Shown piece after piece: positions 26,636 through 35,722 of a stretch of DNA of 64,000 bases. The notes beneath the pieces were generated by a model. That model made no database searches and had not been told where the DNA came from. It saw nothing but the letters and a program-made list of their open reading frames with translations. Position 1 is the stretch's first letter, and the number at the start of each line of letters is the position of its first letter. The position numbers and the translations under genes are program-made. The DNA comes from Candidatus Micrarchaeota archaeon (GTDB lineage: Archaea; Micrarchaeota; Micrarchaeia; Micrarchaeales; CABMGC01), in contig JAJZRI010000002.1 in NCBI GenBank assembly GCA_021802765.1, positions 91,348-155,347 on the forward strand, read 5' to 3'.

Positions 26636-27566
26636 AATTTTCAGCCTCTATAGGTTTCCTCACTATGTAATAGAATATGTCATCAAGGGTGAGCGGATTC
26701 ATCGAGAATTTAACTCCGCGGTTTATGAGCTGCTTTGATATCCTACCTGCCTCCTTCTCCGTGGTGACTATCTGATAATGGCCATCGACACCCTTTATCA
26801 ATTCGCCCCGTCTTGGCTTTATTACGGTGTGATCCGAAAGTATCTTCACGCTGTAAGGATACTTCACCTTCCTCCTAAGTTCGGCCATGGTCCCAAGCGC
26901 CATCAATTTTCCGTCCTCGACTACCCCTATCTTGTCCGCTAGCTTTTCGGCCTCTTCCAGATAGTGTGTTGTAAGGAATATGAAGTGGTCCTTCTTTAGC
27001 TTGACAAGCGTCCTCCACAACTCGTCCCTTGAGATCGGATCAAGGCCCGTTGTCGGTTCGTCCAAGAATATCACCTTTGCACCTGAGGCCATTACCATGC
27101 CCACCAAGACCTTCCTCTTTGTACCCCCTGAGAGCAGCCGGTTAAGCGTATCGGCATATTTCTTTATGCCCAATTCGTCAAGCGACTTCTCGAGCAGGAG
27201 ATTTGCCTCTTTAGAGGTAAATCCGCGCCACATCAGGTACGAAGATAGGAATTGCCTTGGAGTGAGCCATCCGACCGCGCGGCCTTCCTGGGGCACGCAG
27301 GCAATTATTTCCCTAAGCGCGTCGGTGTCCTTTAGTATGTCCAGCCCGGATATCTGCGCGGTTCCGGAGGTTGGAGAGAGCTGCGTGGAGAGTATTCGGA
27401 TAAGAGTGGTCTTTCCGGCGCCGTTACGCCCTATCAGTGCAAATATGCCCTTGGCGGGAACTGCAAGAGAGAAGGACTTTAAGGCCCTCTTTCCCTTCTC
27501 GTACTCCTTTGTGAGCCCCTTCACAGTAAGCTGCTCCATATTTGTCATTATTGATATCTGTATCAC
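26613..27566 (-). CDS. ABC transporter ATP-binding protein
   Basis: Walker A 'GRNGAGKTT', signature 'LSGGTKRKV' and Walker B 'IFLDEPTTGLD'. The exact start is uncertain because there are several Met codons near the N-terminus. Confidence 0.85.
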   Translation of the reverse strand: MIQISIMTNMEQLTVKGLTKEYEKGKRALKSFSLAVPAKGIFALIGRNGAGKTTLIRILSTQLSPTSGTAQISGLDILKDTDALREIIACVPQEGRAVGWLTPRQFLSSYLMWRGFTSKEANLLLEKSLDELGIKKYADTLNRLLSGGTKRKVLVGMVMASGAKVIFLDEPTTGLDPISRDELWRTLVKLKKDHFIFLTTHYLEEAEKLADKIGVVEDGKLMALGTMAELRRKVKYPYSVKILSDHTVIKPRRGELIKGVDGHYQIVTTEKEAGRISKQLINRGVKFSMNPLTLDDIFYYIVRKPIEAENYDQQEYY

Positions 27567-27567
27567 G

Positions 27568-27575
27568 TTTATATA
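27568..27575 (+). promoter_or_regulatory. candidate TATA box (tttatata) in the divergent ABC/valS intergenic region
   Basis: It ends 23 nt upstream of the ATG at 27599, which fits a leaderless valS transcript. Confidence 0.4.
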
Positions 27576-27598
27576 AATAAATGCTCAATAGTGCACTT

Positions 27599-29956
27599 AT
27601 GAAGGATAGATTAGACCACAAAGAGCTTGAGGGGCGCATCTCCAAGTTCTGGTCTGACAATGATATTTACAAGTTCGATGAGGATTCTAAGGCAGAGGTT
27701 TATGCAATAGACACCCCTCCGCCTACGATCTCGGGTCTCATCCATCTGGGCCATGCCTTCTCCTACTCGCAGGCAGACTTCGTAGCGCGGTACAAGAGGA
27801 TGAAGGGGTTTAACGTTTTCTATCCGTTTGGTTTTGACAACAACGGGATACCGACCGAGCTGCTAGTTGAGAAGATACATAACACCACAGCAGAGAAGGA
27901 GGGGAGGGAGAAGTTCGTACAGCTTGTGGAGAGCGAGACCAAGAATTTCGAGAAGATGTATAAGGAAGTCTGGAGAAGCATAGGCATATCTGTGGACTGG
28001 TCCCTGCTTTATACGACAATAGGTAAGAAGGCGCAAAGGACATCGCAGCTTTCATTCGTTGAGCTAAATAAGATGGGAAGGGCCTACAGGAAGGAGCTCC
28101 CGACCATCTGGTGCCCGAAGGAGGGCACAGCACTCTCGCAGATGGAGCTCAAGGACAAGGTGCTAAAGTCAAAGTTTGTAACGATAAGATTCTCGGATGA
28201 CATCGTAATAGCAACAACCAGGCCGGAGCTCATGCCGGCATGCGTTGCAATAATAGTGAATCCCCAAGACCAGAAGAACAGGCACCTGATAGGTAAGAAA
28301 GTGAAGGTGCCGATATTCGGGCAGGAGGTGAAGGTCATAGGCGATGACCGGGTCGACCCCGCTAAAGGGACTGGAGTGGTGATGTGCTGCACGTTTGGCG
28401 ATCTCACCGATATAGAGTGGTACAAGGCCTACAACCTTGACTTAAGGATAGTCATAGATAAGCACGGCCGAATGCTTCCAGAGTACTTTCAAGGAAAAAA
28501 GGTACGGGAGGCAAGGGAATTCATCATAAATGACCTGAAGGAGAAGGGATACGTTCTTGCAGAGAAGGAGATAGAACATAATGTGAATGTGCATGAGCGC
28601 TGCAACACGGAGATAGAATTCCTGGTAAAGAAGCAGTGGTTCATAAGGTATCTGGACATGAAGGATGAACTACTTGAGCTTGGAAGAAAACTAAATTGGC
28701 ATCCTGAGCACATGGCAGTAAGGTACGAGAACTGGGTCAAGGGACTCCAGTGGGACTGGTCAATATCGAGGCAGAGATATTACGGCATACCCTTCCCGGT
28801 ATGGTATTGCAAGAAGTGCGATGAGCCGATAATTGCAGAAGAGAAAGATCTGCCGGTGAACCCGCTTGTTGATAAGCCAAAGACGCCGTGCCCGAAGTGC
28901 GGCGGGACCGAAGTCGTGCCGGAGGAAGACATATTTGACACATGGGCAACGTCTTCACTTACGCCTCTGATAAATGCAAATTGGGCAACTGACAGAAAAT
29001 ACATGGACCGGATCTATCCGATGTCACTTAGGCCGCAGGCTCATGATATAATATCGTTCTGGCTATTCACGACTGTGGTAAAGTGTTACCTGCATACGAA
29101 CAAGCTTCCCTGGAAGGATGTGCTCATATCTGGACATGGGCTGGACTCCAAGGGGCAGGCAATGCACAAATCCACAGGTAATGTCATAGAGCCCAAAGTT
29201 GTCATAGAGAAATTCGGAGCGGATTCGCTAAGACACTGGGCAAGCCTGTCAAGATTAGGCGACGATGCGTCGTTCCAGGAAAAGGACGTGATGACTGGCG
29301 CAAAGCTTGCCAACAAATTATGGAACGTGGCAAGATTCGTTAGCATGAACGCGGATGAGACTAGAACCGAATCGACAAATCCTATTGACAGGTGGATCAT
29401 GGCAAGACTGCATGCAACGATAAAGGAAGCTACGGGAATGTTCGACGAGTACAATTATGCAGGCGCAAAACGTCTCATAGACGAGTTTTTCTGGTTCTTC
29501 TGCGACAACTACCTCGAGTTCATAAAGTACAGGACATACAATGGGGACAAAAGCGCAAATAAGACATTAAATGAGGTGTTCTTGTCCGTAGTGAAGATGC
29601 TCGCCCCATTTATGCCATATATAACCGAGGAGATATACCTAGAGCTTTACGCGCGCTCTGACGGAGCAAGGTCGGTGCACCTCTCCAAATGGCCTGCGCT
29701 ATCGGATAGGGCCATTGACGAAAAGGCGCTTGCAGATGGAGACGTTGCGTGGAGAGTAATAACATTCATCAGGCAGTGGAAGCACGACAACAAGAGAGCC
29801 CTCAATTCGGAGATCATGCAGCTGACAATTAGCAGGGACGTCGGAGTTCTTGCTCAGGACATAAAAGGTGCAATGAACATAAAGGACATGCAAGTTGGTG
29901 AGGGCACATTGAAGGTTCCGGATACCGACATATCATTAGAGATAAGGGCAGAATAA
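27599..29956 (+). CDS. valS: valyl-tRNA synthetase (archaeal type)
   Basis: Class Ia enzyme. Motifs: 'DTPPPTISGLIHLGHA' (HIGH region), 'TTRPELMPACVAIIVNP', 'GTGVVMCCTFGD' and 'AMHKSTGNV' (KMSKS-like). The ORF opens at 27581, but ATG 27599 is preferred from the TATA spacing. Confidence 0.8.
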   Translation: MKDRLDHKELEGRISKFWSDNDIYKFDEDSKAEVYAIDTPPPTISGLIHLGHAFSYSQADFVARYKRMKGFNVFYPFGFDNNGIPTELLVEKIHNTTAEKEGREKFVQLVESETKNFEKMYKEVWRSIGISVDWSLLYTTIGKKAQRTSQLSFVELNKMGRAYRKELPTIWCPKEGTALSQMELKDKVLKSKFVTIRFSDDIVIATTRPELMPACVAIIVNPQDQKNRHLIGKKVKVPIFGQEVKVIGDDRVDPAKGTGVVMCCTFGDLTDIEWYKAYNLDLRIVIDKHGRMLPEYFQGKKVREAREFIINDLKEKGYVLAEKEIEHNVNVHERCNTEIEFLVKKQWFIRYLDMKDELLELGRKLNWHPEHMAVRYENWVKGLQWDWSISRQRYYGIPFPVWYCKKCDEPIIAEEKDLPVNPLVDKPKTPCPKCGGTEVVPEEDIFDTWATSSLTPLINANWATDRKYMDRIYPMSLRPQAHDIISFWLFTTVVKCYLHTNKLPWKDVLISGHGLDSKGQAMHKSTGNVIEPKVVIEKFGADSLRHWASLSRLGDDASFQEKDVMTGAKLANKLWNVARFVSMNADETRTESTNPIDRWIMARLHATIKEATGMFDEYNYAGAKRLIDEFFWFFCDNYLEFIKYRTYNGDKSANKTLNEVFLSVVKMLAPFMPYITEEIYLELYARSDGARSVHLSKWPALSDRAIDEKALADGDVAWRVITFIRQWKHDNKRALNSEIMQLTISRDVGVLAQDIKGAMNIKDMQVGEGTLKVPDTDISLEIRAE

Positions 29957-30037
29957 ATTGACAATAGGATTATAAACGTTATTGATAGATATTAAGAATG
30001 CAAAAGCTTTTGCTTCTGCTGAATTTATAGTGTTTTA

Positions 30038-30502
30038 ATGGCAAGAATGCACACTGGAAAACATGGCAAGTCAAAGTCTAGAAAGCCAGACGTACCTATG
30101 GGCACAAGACCAGAGGGACTTGAGCTTAACGACGAACAGATAGTGAAGCTCGTTGTTGACTATGCAAAGCAGGGAATGCACCAGGCGCAGATAGGCCAAA
30201 AGCTCAAGACCGAACATTCTGTACCGTACATAAAACAGGTATTCGGAAAACGGCTCACGAACATACTAAATGAGAATGGCTTCAAGCAGGAGATACCGCA
30301 GGACATGATGGACCTTCTTACAAAGGCGATAAACCTGAGGAGGCATATCGAAAGGAACCACAATGACGTCCACAACAAGACAAGCCTTCACAGGGTAGAG
30401 GCAAAGATCTGGAGGCTTAGCAATTACTACAAGGACAACGGAAGGCTTCCAAGCGATTGGAAGTATGACCCGGTGAAGGTCGCACTCATAATCAAGAGCT
30501 GA
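30038..30502 (+). CDS. rps15: 30S ribosomal protein uS15 (S15/S13e)
   Basis: 'MARMHTGKHGKSKSRKP...' is the typical archaeal S15 N-terminus. 154 aa. Confidence 0.9.
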   Translation: MARMHTGKHGKSKSRKPDVPMGTRPEGLELNDEQIVKLVVDYAKQGMHQAQIGQKLKTEHSVPYIKQVFGKRLTNILNENGFKQEIPQDMMDLLTKAINLRRHIERNHNDVHNKTSLHRVEAKIWRLSNYYKDNGRLPSDWKYDPVKVALIIKS

Positions 30503-30506
30503 ATAG

Positions 30507-31070
30507 ATGGCTACGAAATCTGCAGACAAGTGGAAGAACAAGGTGTGGTTCAATGTATACCCGCCAAAGCTCCTAGGGGAGTCTGCAATAGGGGAGATAC
30601 CTGCCAATGACGAGAAAGGCGTCCTTGGGCGCGTGATAAAGGTCAGCATGTCATGGATAACCCACAGGCCCGAACATTCATTCATGCTCGTCGGGCTGCG
30701 TGTCAAGTCCGCAAGCGGAAGCACGGCTAACACAGACATAGATTACATGGAGCAGACGTTCAGCTACATCCACTCTCTTGTGAAGAGGCATTCAAGCGCG
30801 ATATACACCGTTGACAGCCTTACGGACAAGAACGGGAAGAAATTCGTGCTCAAGCTCCTTGCAGTTACATCAAGCAAGATAAGGACGCCAAAGAAGAAGG
30901 CGATAAGGAAGTCGATATCAGATTTCACAAAGGAGTTCTCTGCAGCGCACTCGGTAGACGAGCTGCTTACAGGAATGCTTGACAACAGCTTCCAATCGGA
31001 GGCGGTAAAGAGAATAATGAACATAGCGCAAGTTAGCAAGCTCGAACTCAAGAAGATAGAGCTTGCCTGA
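30507..31070 (+). CDS. rps3ae: 30S ribosomal protein eS1 (S3Ae)
   Basis: 187 aa. 'KWKNKVWFNVYPPKLLGE...' matches the S3Ae N-terminal signature. The gene directly follows rps15. Confidence 0.8.
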   Translation: MATKSADKWKNKVWFNVYPPKLLGESAIGEIPANDEKGVLGRVIKVSMSWITHRPEHSFMLVGLRVKSASGSTANTDIDYMEQTFSYIHSLVKRHSSAIYTVDSLTDKNGKKFVLKLLAVTSSKIRTPKKKAIRKSISDFTKEFSAAHSVDELLTGMLDNSFQSEAVKRIMNIAQVSKLELKKIELA

Positions 31071-31110
31071 TCCTTTACTTTTGCAGCTACAAAAAGTCAG
31101 CCGGACTCCT

Positions 31111-31461
31111 TTACTTAAGGTTCTTCTTCAAAACCTCTTCAAGAACAACTGCGCCGTTATGTTCGTGGTCCTTTGACGAGTAGAGTATGGTTATGTCGGT
31201 GCTTCGTATCATCGCCACAAGCTCTAGCAGGTGCTTGTTTGATGAAAGTTCCTTCAGGTACCTTTTCTTGAACTCGCCCCACTTGTCCGAATTGAAGACA
31301 AACCACTGCCTAAGCTCATCGCTCGGAGCTATGTCTTTCATCCAGAGGTCTATGTTCGCGGTACTCCTCTTCACCCCGCGAGGCCAGAGCCTCTCAACGA
31401 ATACCCGCTTCCCATCGGTTATGCTTGGTTTGTCAAATATCAGCTTTAGGCCAATTAGCAT
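31111..31461 (-). CDS. DUF488 (YeaO-like) family protein
   Basis: 116 aa. 'RVFVERLWPRGVKR...IDLWMKDIAPSDELRQWF...WGEFKKRYLKEL' is the characteristic DUF488 pattern. Confidence 0.6.
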   Translation of the reverse strand: MLIGLKLIFDKPSITDGKRVFVERLWPRGVKRSTANIDLWMKDIAPSDELRQWFVFNSDKWGEFKKRYLKELSSNKHLLELVAMIRSTDITILYSSKDHEHNGAVVLEEVLKKNLK

Positions 31462-31595
31462 CTAAGCACACGTGTATTTTATTGGTATATGCCTATTTAA
31501 TCATTTTCATCCGGTCCATCAAAATAGCAGCTTGCCGTCATCTTTGCAGCGAGGTCTGTCCCGTGTAGCTGCAGAGTAAGCCGGAATGAGACTGG

Positions 31596-31603
31596 TTTAT
31601 AAA
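31596..31603 (+). promoter_or_regulatory. candidate TATA box (tttataaa) of the 16S rRNA transcription unit
   Basis: A consensus-like archaeal TATA octamer about 80 nt upstream of the 5' arm of the processing stem. Confidence 0.4.
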
Positions 31604-31681
31604 CCTTTCCATGCTATGATATAGTTTGCATTAGATTTAGCCTGAGCTAAACCTTGTGCTATGAAAATTCCTGATGGAATT

Positions 31682-31711
31682 GGATGTAGTCTTGAGTAGT
31701 GTAAAGAAGAC
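31682..31711 (+). other. 5' arm of the pre-16S rRNA processing stem
   Basis: GGATGTAGTCTTGAG...TAGTG...GAAGAC pairs with 33296-33326 (GTCTTC...CACTA...CTCAAGACTACATCC). The outer helix is 15 bp and perfect, with inner helices separated by bulges. This is the layout expected for a bulge-helix-bulge processing site. Confidence 0.7.
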
Positions 31712-31742
31712 CCGCAAGAACAATTGCGAAAGTAAGTTTATG

Positions 31743-33229
31743 ACTCCAGTCGATGCTGCTGGAGGATACTGCTATCAGATTTCGACAGCCATGCAAGTCA
31801 GCTCAACGGCCTCGTTGGGCGGCGTACGGCTCAGTAACGCGTGGTCAATCTACCGCAGAGAGGGGGATAACCTTGGGAAACTGAGGCTAACACCACATAG
31901 GTTAGGGACTCTGGAAAGAATCCTAATTTAAAAAGTTGCAAATTGCAGCATTACTGCTCTGCGATGAGACTGCGTCGGATCAGGCAGATGGCGGGGTAAC
32001 GGCCCACCATACCTTTGACCCGTATGGGATATGAGAGTAAGAGCCCAGAGAAGGGCACTGAGACAATGGCCCTAGTGCTACGGCATGCAGCAGGCGCGCA
32101 AACTCCACAATGCACATACGTGTGATGGGGGGAATCTGAGTGGTTGACTTCGGTTAACCTTTTGCCAAGTTTAGCAAGCTTGGAGAATAAGTGCTGGGTA
32201 AGACCGGTGGCAGCCGCCACGGTAATACCGGCGGCACAAGTGGTATTCACAATTATTGGGCTTAAAGCGTTAGTAGCCGGCTGAAACAGTCTTGTGTGAA
32301 ATGTCGGTGCATGACATCGACACGTGCATAGGATACCTTTCGGCTAGGGAGTGGGAGAGGTCAGGAGTATTCATGGGGTAAGGGTAAAATCTCGTAATCC
32401 TATGAAGACTACCGGTGGCGAAGGCGCCTGACCAGAACATATCCGACGGTGAGTGACGAAGGCCAGGAGAACGAATCGGATTAGATACCCGAGTAGCCCT
32501 GGCAGTAAATGATGCAGACTCTGGTGTTGCGTTTATCACGAATAAATGCAGTACCGTAGGACAACTGTTAAGTCTGCCGCCTGGGGAGTACGGCCGCAAG
32601 GTTGAAACTTAAAGCAATTGGCGGGGGAGCACACAAGGGGTGGATGCTACGGTTCAATTGAATTCAACGTCGGGAACTTTACCTGGAGCGACGGCAGTGT
32701 GAAGGTCAGACTAATGATCTTGCCTGACAAGCCGAGAGGTGGTGCATGGCGATCGTCAGTTCGTGGTGTGAACTCTCCGGTTAAGTCCGGTAACGAACGA
32801 GATCCTCGTTGACAGTTGCTACTGGTCCAGAGATGGGCTAGGCACTCTGTCGAGACCGCCTACGTTTAAGTAGGAGGAAGGAGAGGGCGACGGTACGTCA
32901 GTATGCCCCGAATCTCCAGGGCTACACGCGGCATACAGAGGTTGGTACAATGGGTCGCTACCCAGAGATGGGACGCTAATCCCCTAAAACCAATCTAGGT
33001 CTGAATTGAGGGTTGAAACTCACCCTCATGAAACTGGAATCCCTAGTAATCGCGTGTCACCAACGCGCGGTGAATATGTCCCCGCTCCTTGCACACACCG
33101 CCTGCCAAGTCATCCAAGTGGGGCCTTAGTGACGCAGCATCCTCGTGATGCTTTCGAACTAAGGTTCCGTGAGGGGGGCTAAGGCATAACAAGGTATCCG
33201 TAGGGGAACCTGTGGATAGATCACCTCAA
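31743..33229 (+). rRNA. 16S (SSU) ribosomal RNA, archaeal, divergent
   Basis: The 5' end 'TCCAGTCGATGCTGCTGGAGGATACTGCTATCAG' corresponds to the archaeal TCCGGTTGATCCTGCCGGAGG... start. Recognisable internal blocks include GGTGGCAGCCGCCACGGTAATACCGGC, GGATTAGATACCCG, TTAAAGCAATTGGCGGGGGAGCAC and TGCACACACCGCC. The 3' end is GTAGGGGAACCTGTGGATAGATCACCTCA. At about 1487 nt, no intron is indicated. Confidence 0.9.
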
Positions 33230-33295
33230 AACTTTACGAAGTTTTGGATCAATAAAATAAAATTAGTGTGCGTTAAAGTTGCAAAAGTATTGCGT

Positions 33296-33326
33296 GTCTT
33301 CTCACTAAAACCTCAAGACTACATCC
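33296..33326 (+). other. 3' arm of the pre-16S rRNA processing stem
   Basis: Complementary to 31682-31711 (see the 5' arm entry). Confidence 0.7.
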
Positions 33327-33411
33327 TTCTTTTATTTGACCCCTAGCTTTGCTGCCGCGCAGCAAGGATTTAATACTGCTTTGAAGGTATCTATTCATAT
33401 ACGGGAAGACC

Positions 33412-33903
33412 ATGAAGACCAAGCTGACTTCGCACATGTGCTATATGGCTGGACTCTACAGCAAGGCCGCCAAGCAGGAGAAGAATTTTGTCTCTGTGAA
33501 TACTAGCATCGAAGAACTCAAAGACCGTTTTGTTGAGCTATCCGTAAAGGAGCTTGGAATACTACCAAACAAGATAATCTTCGGACGTGGATCTGAGAGA
33601 AGCGTGGGGTTCTATCATTCAAGAGTGGCAAAGCAGCTAATCGACATTACAAATAGGGAGACATACATCTTCAAGGTTCCCAATGAACTCTCAAGCAGCT
33701 ACGTTGCAGGCATGTTTGATGCATCAGGGCACTTCAGTGCTGGCGGACTTGAGATAAGACATGTAACGCCAAAGGATGCAATGATGCTAGAGAACCTTAG
33801 CATACACACCAAAGGAGACAAGGTGCTCAACATAGGGAGGTTCATGGAACTGATAAAAGGCAGGAGCATAGTGCTGGACAGACTGAAGCTCCGCAGTGAC
33901 TAA
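33412..33903 (+). CDS. LAGLIDADG-family homing-endonuclease-like protein, free-standing
   Basis: 163 aa with two LAGLIDADG-type motifs about 86 aa apart. 'CYMAGLYSKAA' (aa 10-20) has no acidic residue. 'YVAGMFDASGHF' (aa 97-108) retains the Asp. Confidence 0.55.
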   Translation: MKTKLTSHMCYMAGLYSKAAKQEKNFVSVNTSIEELKDRFVELSVKELGILPNKIIFGRGSERSVGFYHSRVAKQLIDITNRETYIFKVPNELSSSYVAGMFDASGHFSAGGLEIRHVTPKDAMMLENLSIHTKGDKVLNIGRFMELIKGRSIVLDRLKLRSD

Positions 33904-33923
33904 GCTATCCGTAAGCAGATGGA

Positions 33924-35072
33924 TCAGAGATACTGCCCTATTCCTTGCTCCGGAGGCGGCCTCAATGACATTTGCATATCTATCTTAAGTGCAAACTCAA
34001 GGAGATTTGCCTGCACATCTGTGAACCCATGCTCGCCATAATTCTTTGCCGCACTTAGCAGCGGGTCGAGTGTCTCCGTGTGCGAGTGGCTAAGATCCCT
34101 GGATATTGTCGCCGCTTTTGACCTGAACCATAGCGCAGTGTTAAGATAATCCGCCTCAACCTTTCCGTTGAATACGGCATTGTCCAGATGCATTGCAGTG
34201 TCAAGGCACCCTTCGAAAGCAAGTTCAAGGAGCTTGTGCTGATTCACGACGCCGTCCTGAGTGTTTTTGGCCATCCCTATAGTAGTCTCCACAAGCCAGC
34301 TCATTAGACTTTCTGCTCCACCAATCTTTGAATTTAGATATTTGTCAACAGATCCGAGCACAAGATCAAATGCCCCATCATAATTGCCCATCTCGACCAT
34401 TAGTGACACTGCAGCCTTCTTCATGTTTATCGCCTGGTTCGCAGAAGATGATGCCAAATCAGTGTTTATCTTGTCCTGAATGCCAAAGCCATTTATTATC
34501 TGCTTTAGTTCATTGTATCTTGGAACCATTTTCTCTTTTGCCTCGGTCTCTGCATCTTTTATCCCGGATTCAAGGGCTGCGCGCTCCTGGGATCCTTCTG
34601 GTAGCTTGGCAAGATCTGCCCTTCTCTGCTCCAGTTCCTTAGAGATTGAAACAACCTTGCCGTGAAGATCCTTATACTCTGCAAGAAGTGTCGACCTGGA
34701 TTCGTCGCCTACCGCGCCGTTGAGCTGACCTGCTGCAGTAAATGCCACAGTTTCAAGCTGATCGGCTTTCTCTGTAAATACGTGGATTGCATCCTTTCTT
34801 AGGTGATTTGCTTCCAGCTCCTTTCCGCTCTCCGAGAGGTGGTGCGCAAGCGCGCTCACATCATTAAACGATGCAAGCAGCTCGTTTGGAGTAAGGGTAC
34901 TTAGAACGACATCCTTTAGCCTCCCGCGATAAATATCAATAAGGTCTGAACGTATCCTATTGCCTTCTACTACGCTCTCTACCACTCTGCTAACTGGCTT
35001 TCTAGCCGGACCACTTGACTTTTCTAGACCCATAATACCAAGAATAATCACTGTTAATTGATTTAAAAGCAT
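33924..35072 (-). CDS. hypothetical alpha-helical protein
   Basis: 382-aa ORF, Ala/Leu/Glu-rich, no motif recognised. The true start is possibly the internal Met 'MGLEKSS'. Confidence 0.4.
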   Translation of the reverse strand: MLLNQLTVIILGIMGLEKSSGPARKPVSRVVESVVEGNRIRSDLIDIYRGRLKDVVLSTLTPNELLASFNDVSALAHHLSESGKELEANHLRKDAIHVFTEKADQLETVAFTAAGQLNGAVGDESRSTLLAEYKDLHGKVVSISKELEQRRADLAKLPEGSQERAALESGIKDAETEAKEKMVPRYNELKQIINGFGIQDKINTDLASSSANQAINMKKAAVSLMVEMGNYDGAFDLVLGSVDKYLNSKIGGAESLMSWLVETTIGMAKNTQDGVVNQHKLLELAFEGCLDTAMHLDNAVFNGKVEADYLNTALWFRSKAATISRDLSHSHTETLDPLLSAAKNYGEHGFTDVQANLLEFALKIDMQMSLRPPPEQGIGQYL

Positions 35073-35094
35073 TTTCTACAACTTGTCGCGATAA

Positions 35095-35679
35095 TTGACC
35101 AAAGTATATATAATTTCCATGCAAGATTTTTCCATGGAGCCGATATTCATAACATCAAATAAAAACAAGTTACGGGAGGCCCGCGATATTCTCGGATTCA
35201 GGATAAAGCATAGGATAATTGACATCGAAGAGATACAGTCGACGAACACCAAGGAAGTCGCCATAAGCAAGGCCAAAGCTGCATATGAGAAATTGGATAC
35301 GCCGGTTGTAGTTGAGGATACTGGACTGCATATATTAGGGTTTGGGGGATTTCCTGGCGCACTGGTCAAGTGGATGACAGAAGGACTTGGCTATGAAAAG
35401 ATGTGCAGAGTAGTTGACCTTTGCAAGAGCAGAGCCGCGTACGCTGAGACGTGCATCGCATATTACGACGGAGAGAATATGCATACGTTCACAGGCCATA
35501 TTAACGGATCCATATCTGAAATACCGCGCGGTAGCAGCAATTTTGGATGGGACTGCATATTCATACCTGAAGGATTTGACAAGACGTTCGCGCAGATGCA
35601 CCCTTCGGAGAAGAACTCCATCTCCATGCGAAGAGAGGCATTTACCAAGCTTGGCAAATTCATGGCGTCGCGCCGATGA
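35095..35679 (+). CDS. non-canonical purine NTP pyrophosphatase (Ham1/RdgB/ITPase)
   Basis: 194 aa. Motifs: 'IFITSNKNKLREA', 'VEDTGLHILGFGGFPGALVKW', 'FGWDCIFIPEG' and 'KNSISMRREA'. Confidence 0.85.
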   Translation: MTKVYIISMQDFSMEPIFITSNKNKLREARDILGFRIKHRIIDIEEIQSTNTKEVAISKAKAAYEKLDTPVVVEDTGLHILGFGGFPGALVKWMTEGLGYEKMCRVVDLCKSRAAYAETCIAYYDGENMHTFTGHINGSISEIPRGSSNFGWDCIFIPEGFDKTFAQMHPSEKNSISMRREAFTKLGKFMASRR

Positions 35680-35722
35680 ACCGGGTTTTTATAATTTTGG
35701 TGAGAGTTACCATCGTGATGCT

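Noticed and set aside
26980-27576. A 198-aa plus-strand ORF. Other long antisense ORFs were noted too (19158..19646 +, 19721..20134 -, 10352..10759 +, 37711..38142 +, 46026..46484 -, 22265..22729 -, 30266..30739 -).
   Set aside because: Each is antisense to a gene with clear family motifs. Each has Ser/Leu/Arg-rich, low-information composition typical of shadow frames.
31674-32812. Four ORFs from the track (31674..31931 +, 31951..32250 -, 32270..32599 -, 32618..32812 +).
   Set aside because: They lie entirely within the 16S rRNA gene and its leader. The sequence there matches conserved SSU rRNA blocks, so these are chance ORFs.
31743-33229. Possibility that the LAGLIDADG ORF marks an intron inside the 16S rRNA.
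   Set aside because: The 16S is about 1487 nt and the conserved blocks follow each other without an insertion. The ORF starts about 180 nt after the mature 3' end, outside the processing stem.
35414-35722. The long N-terminal extension of the lipA ORF (ORF-track start at 35414).
   Set aside because: It overlaps the Ham1/ITPase gene by 266 nt in another frame. The extension has Arg/Ser/Thr-rich shadow-like composition. The conserved LipA sequence only begins at 'PEWLSIKP'.
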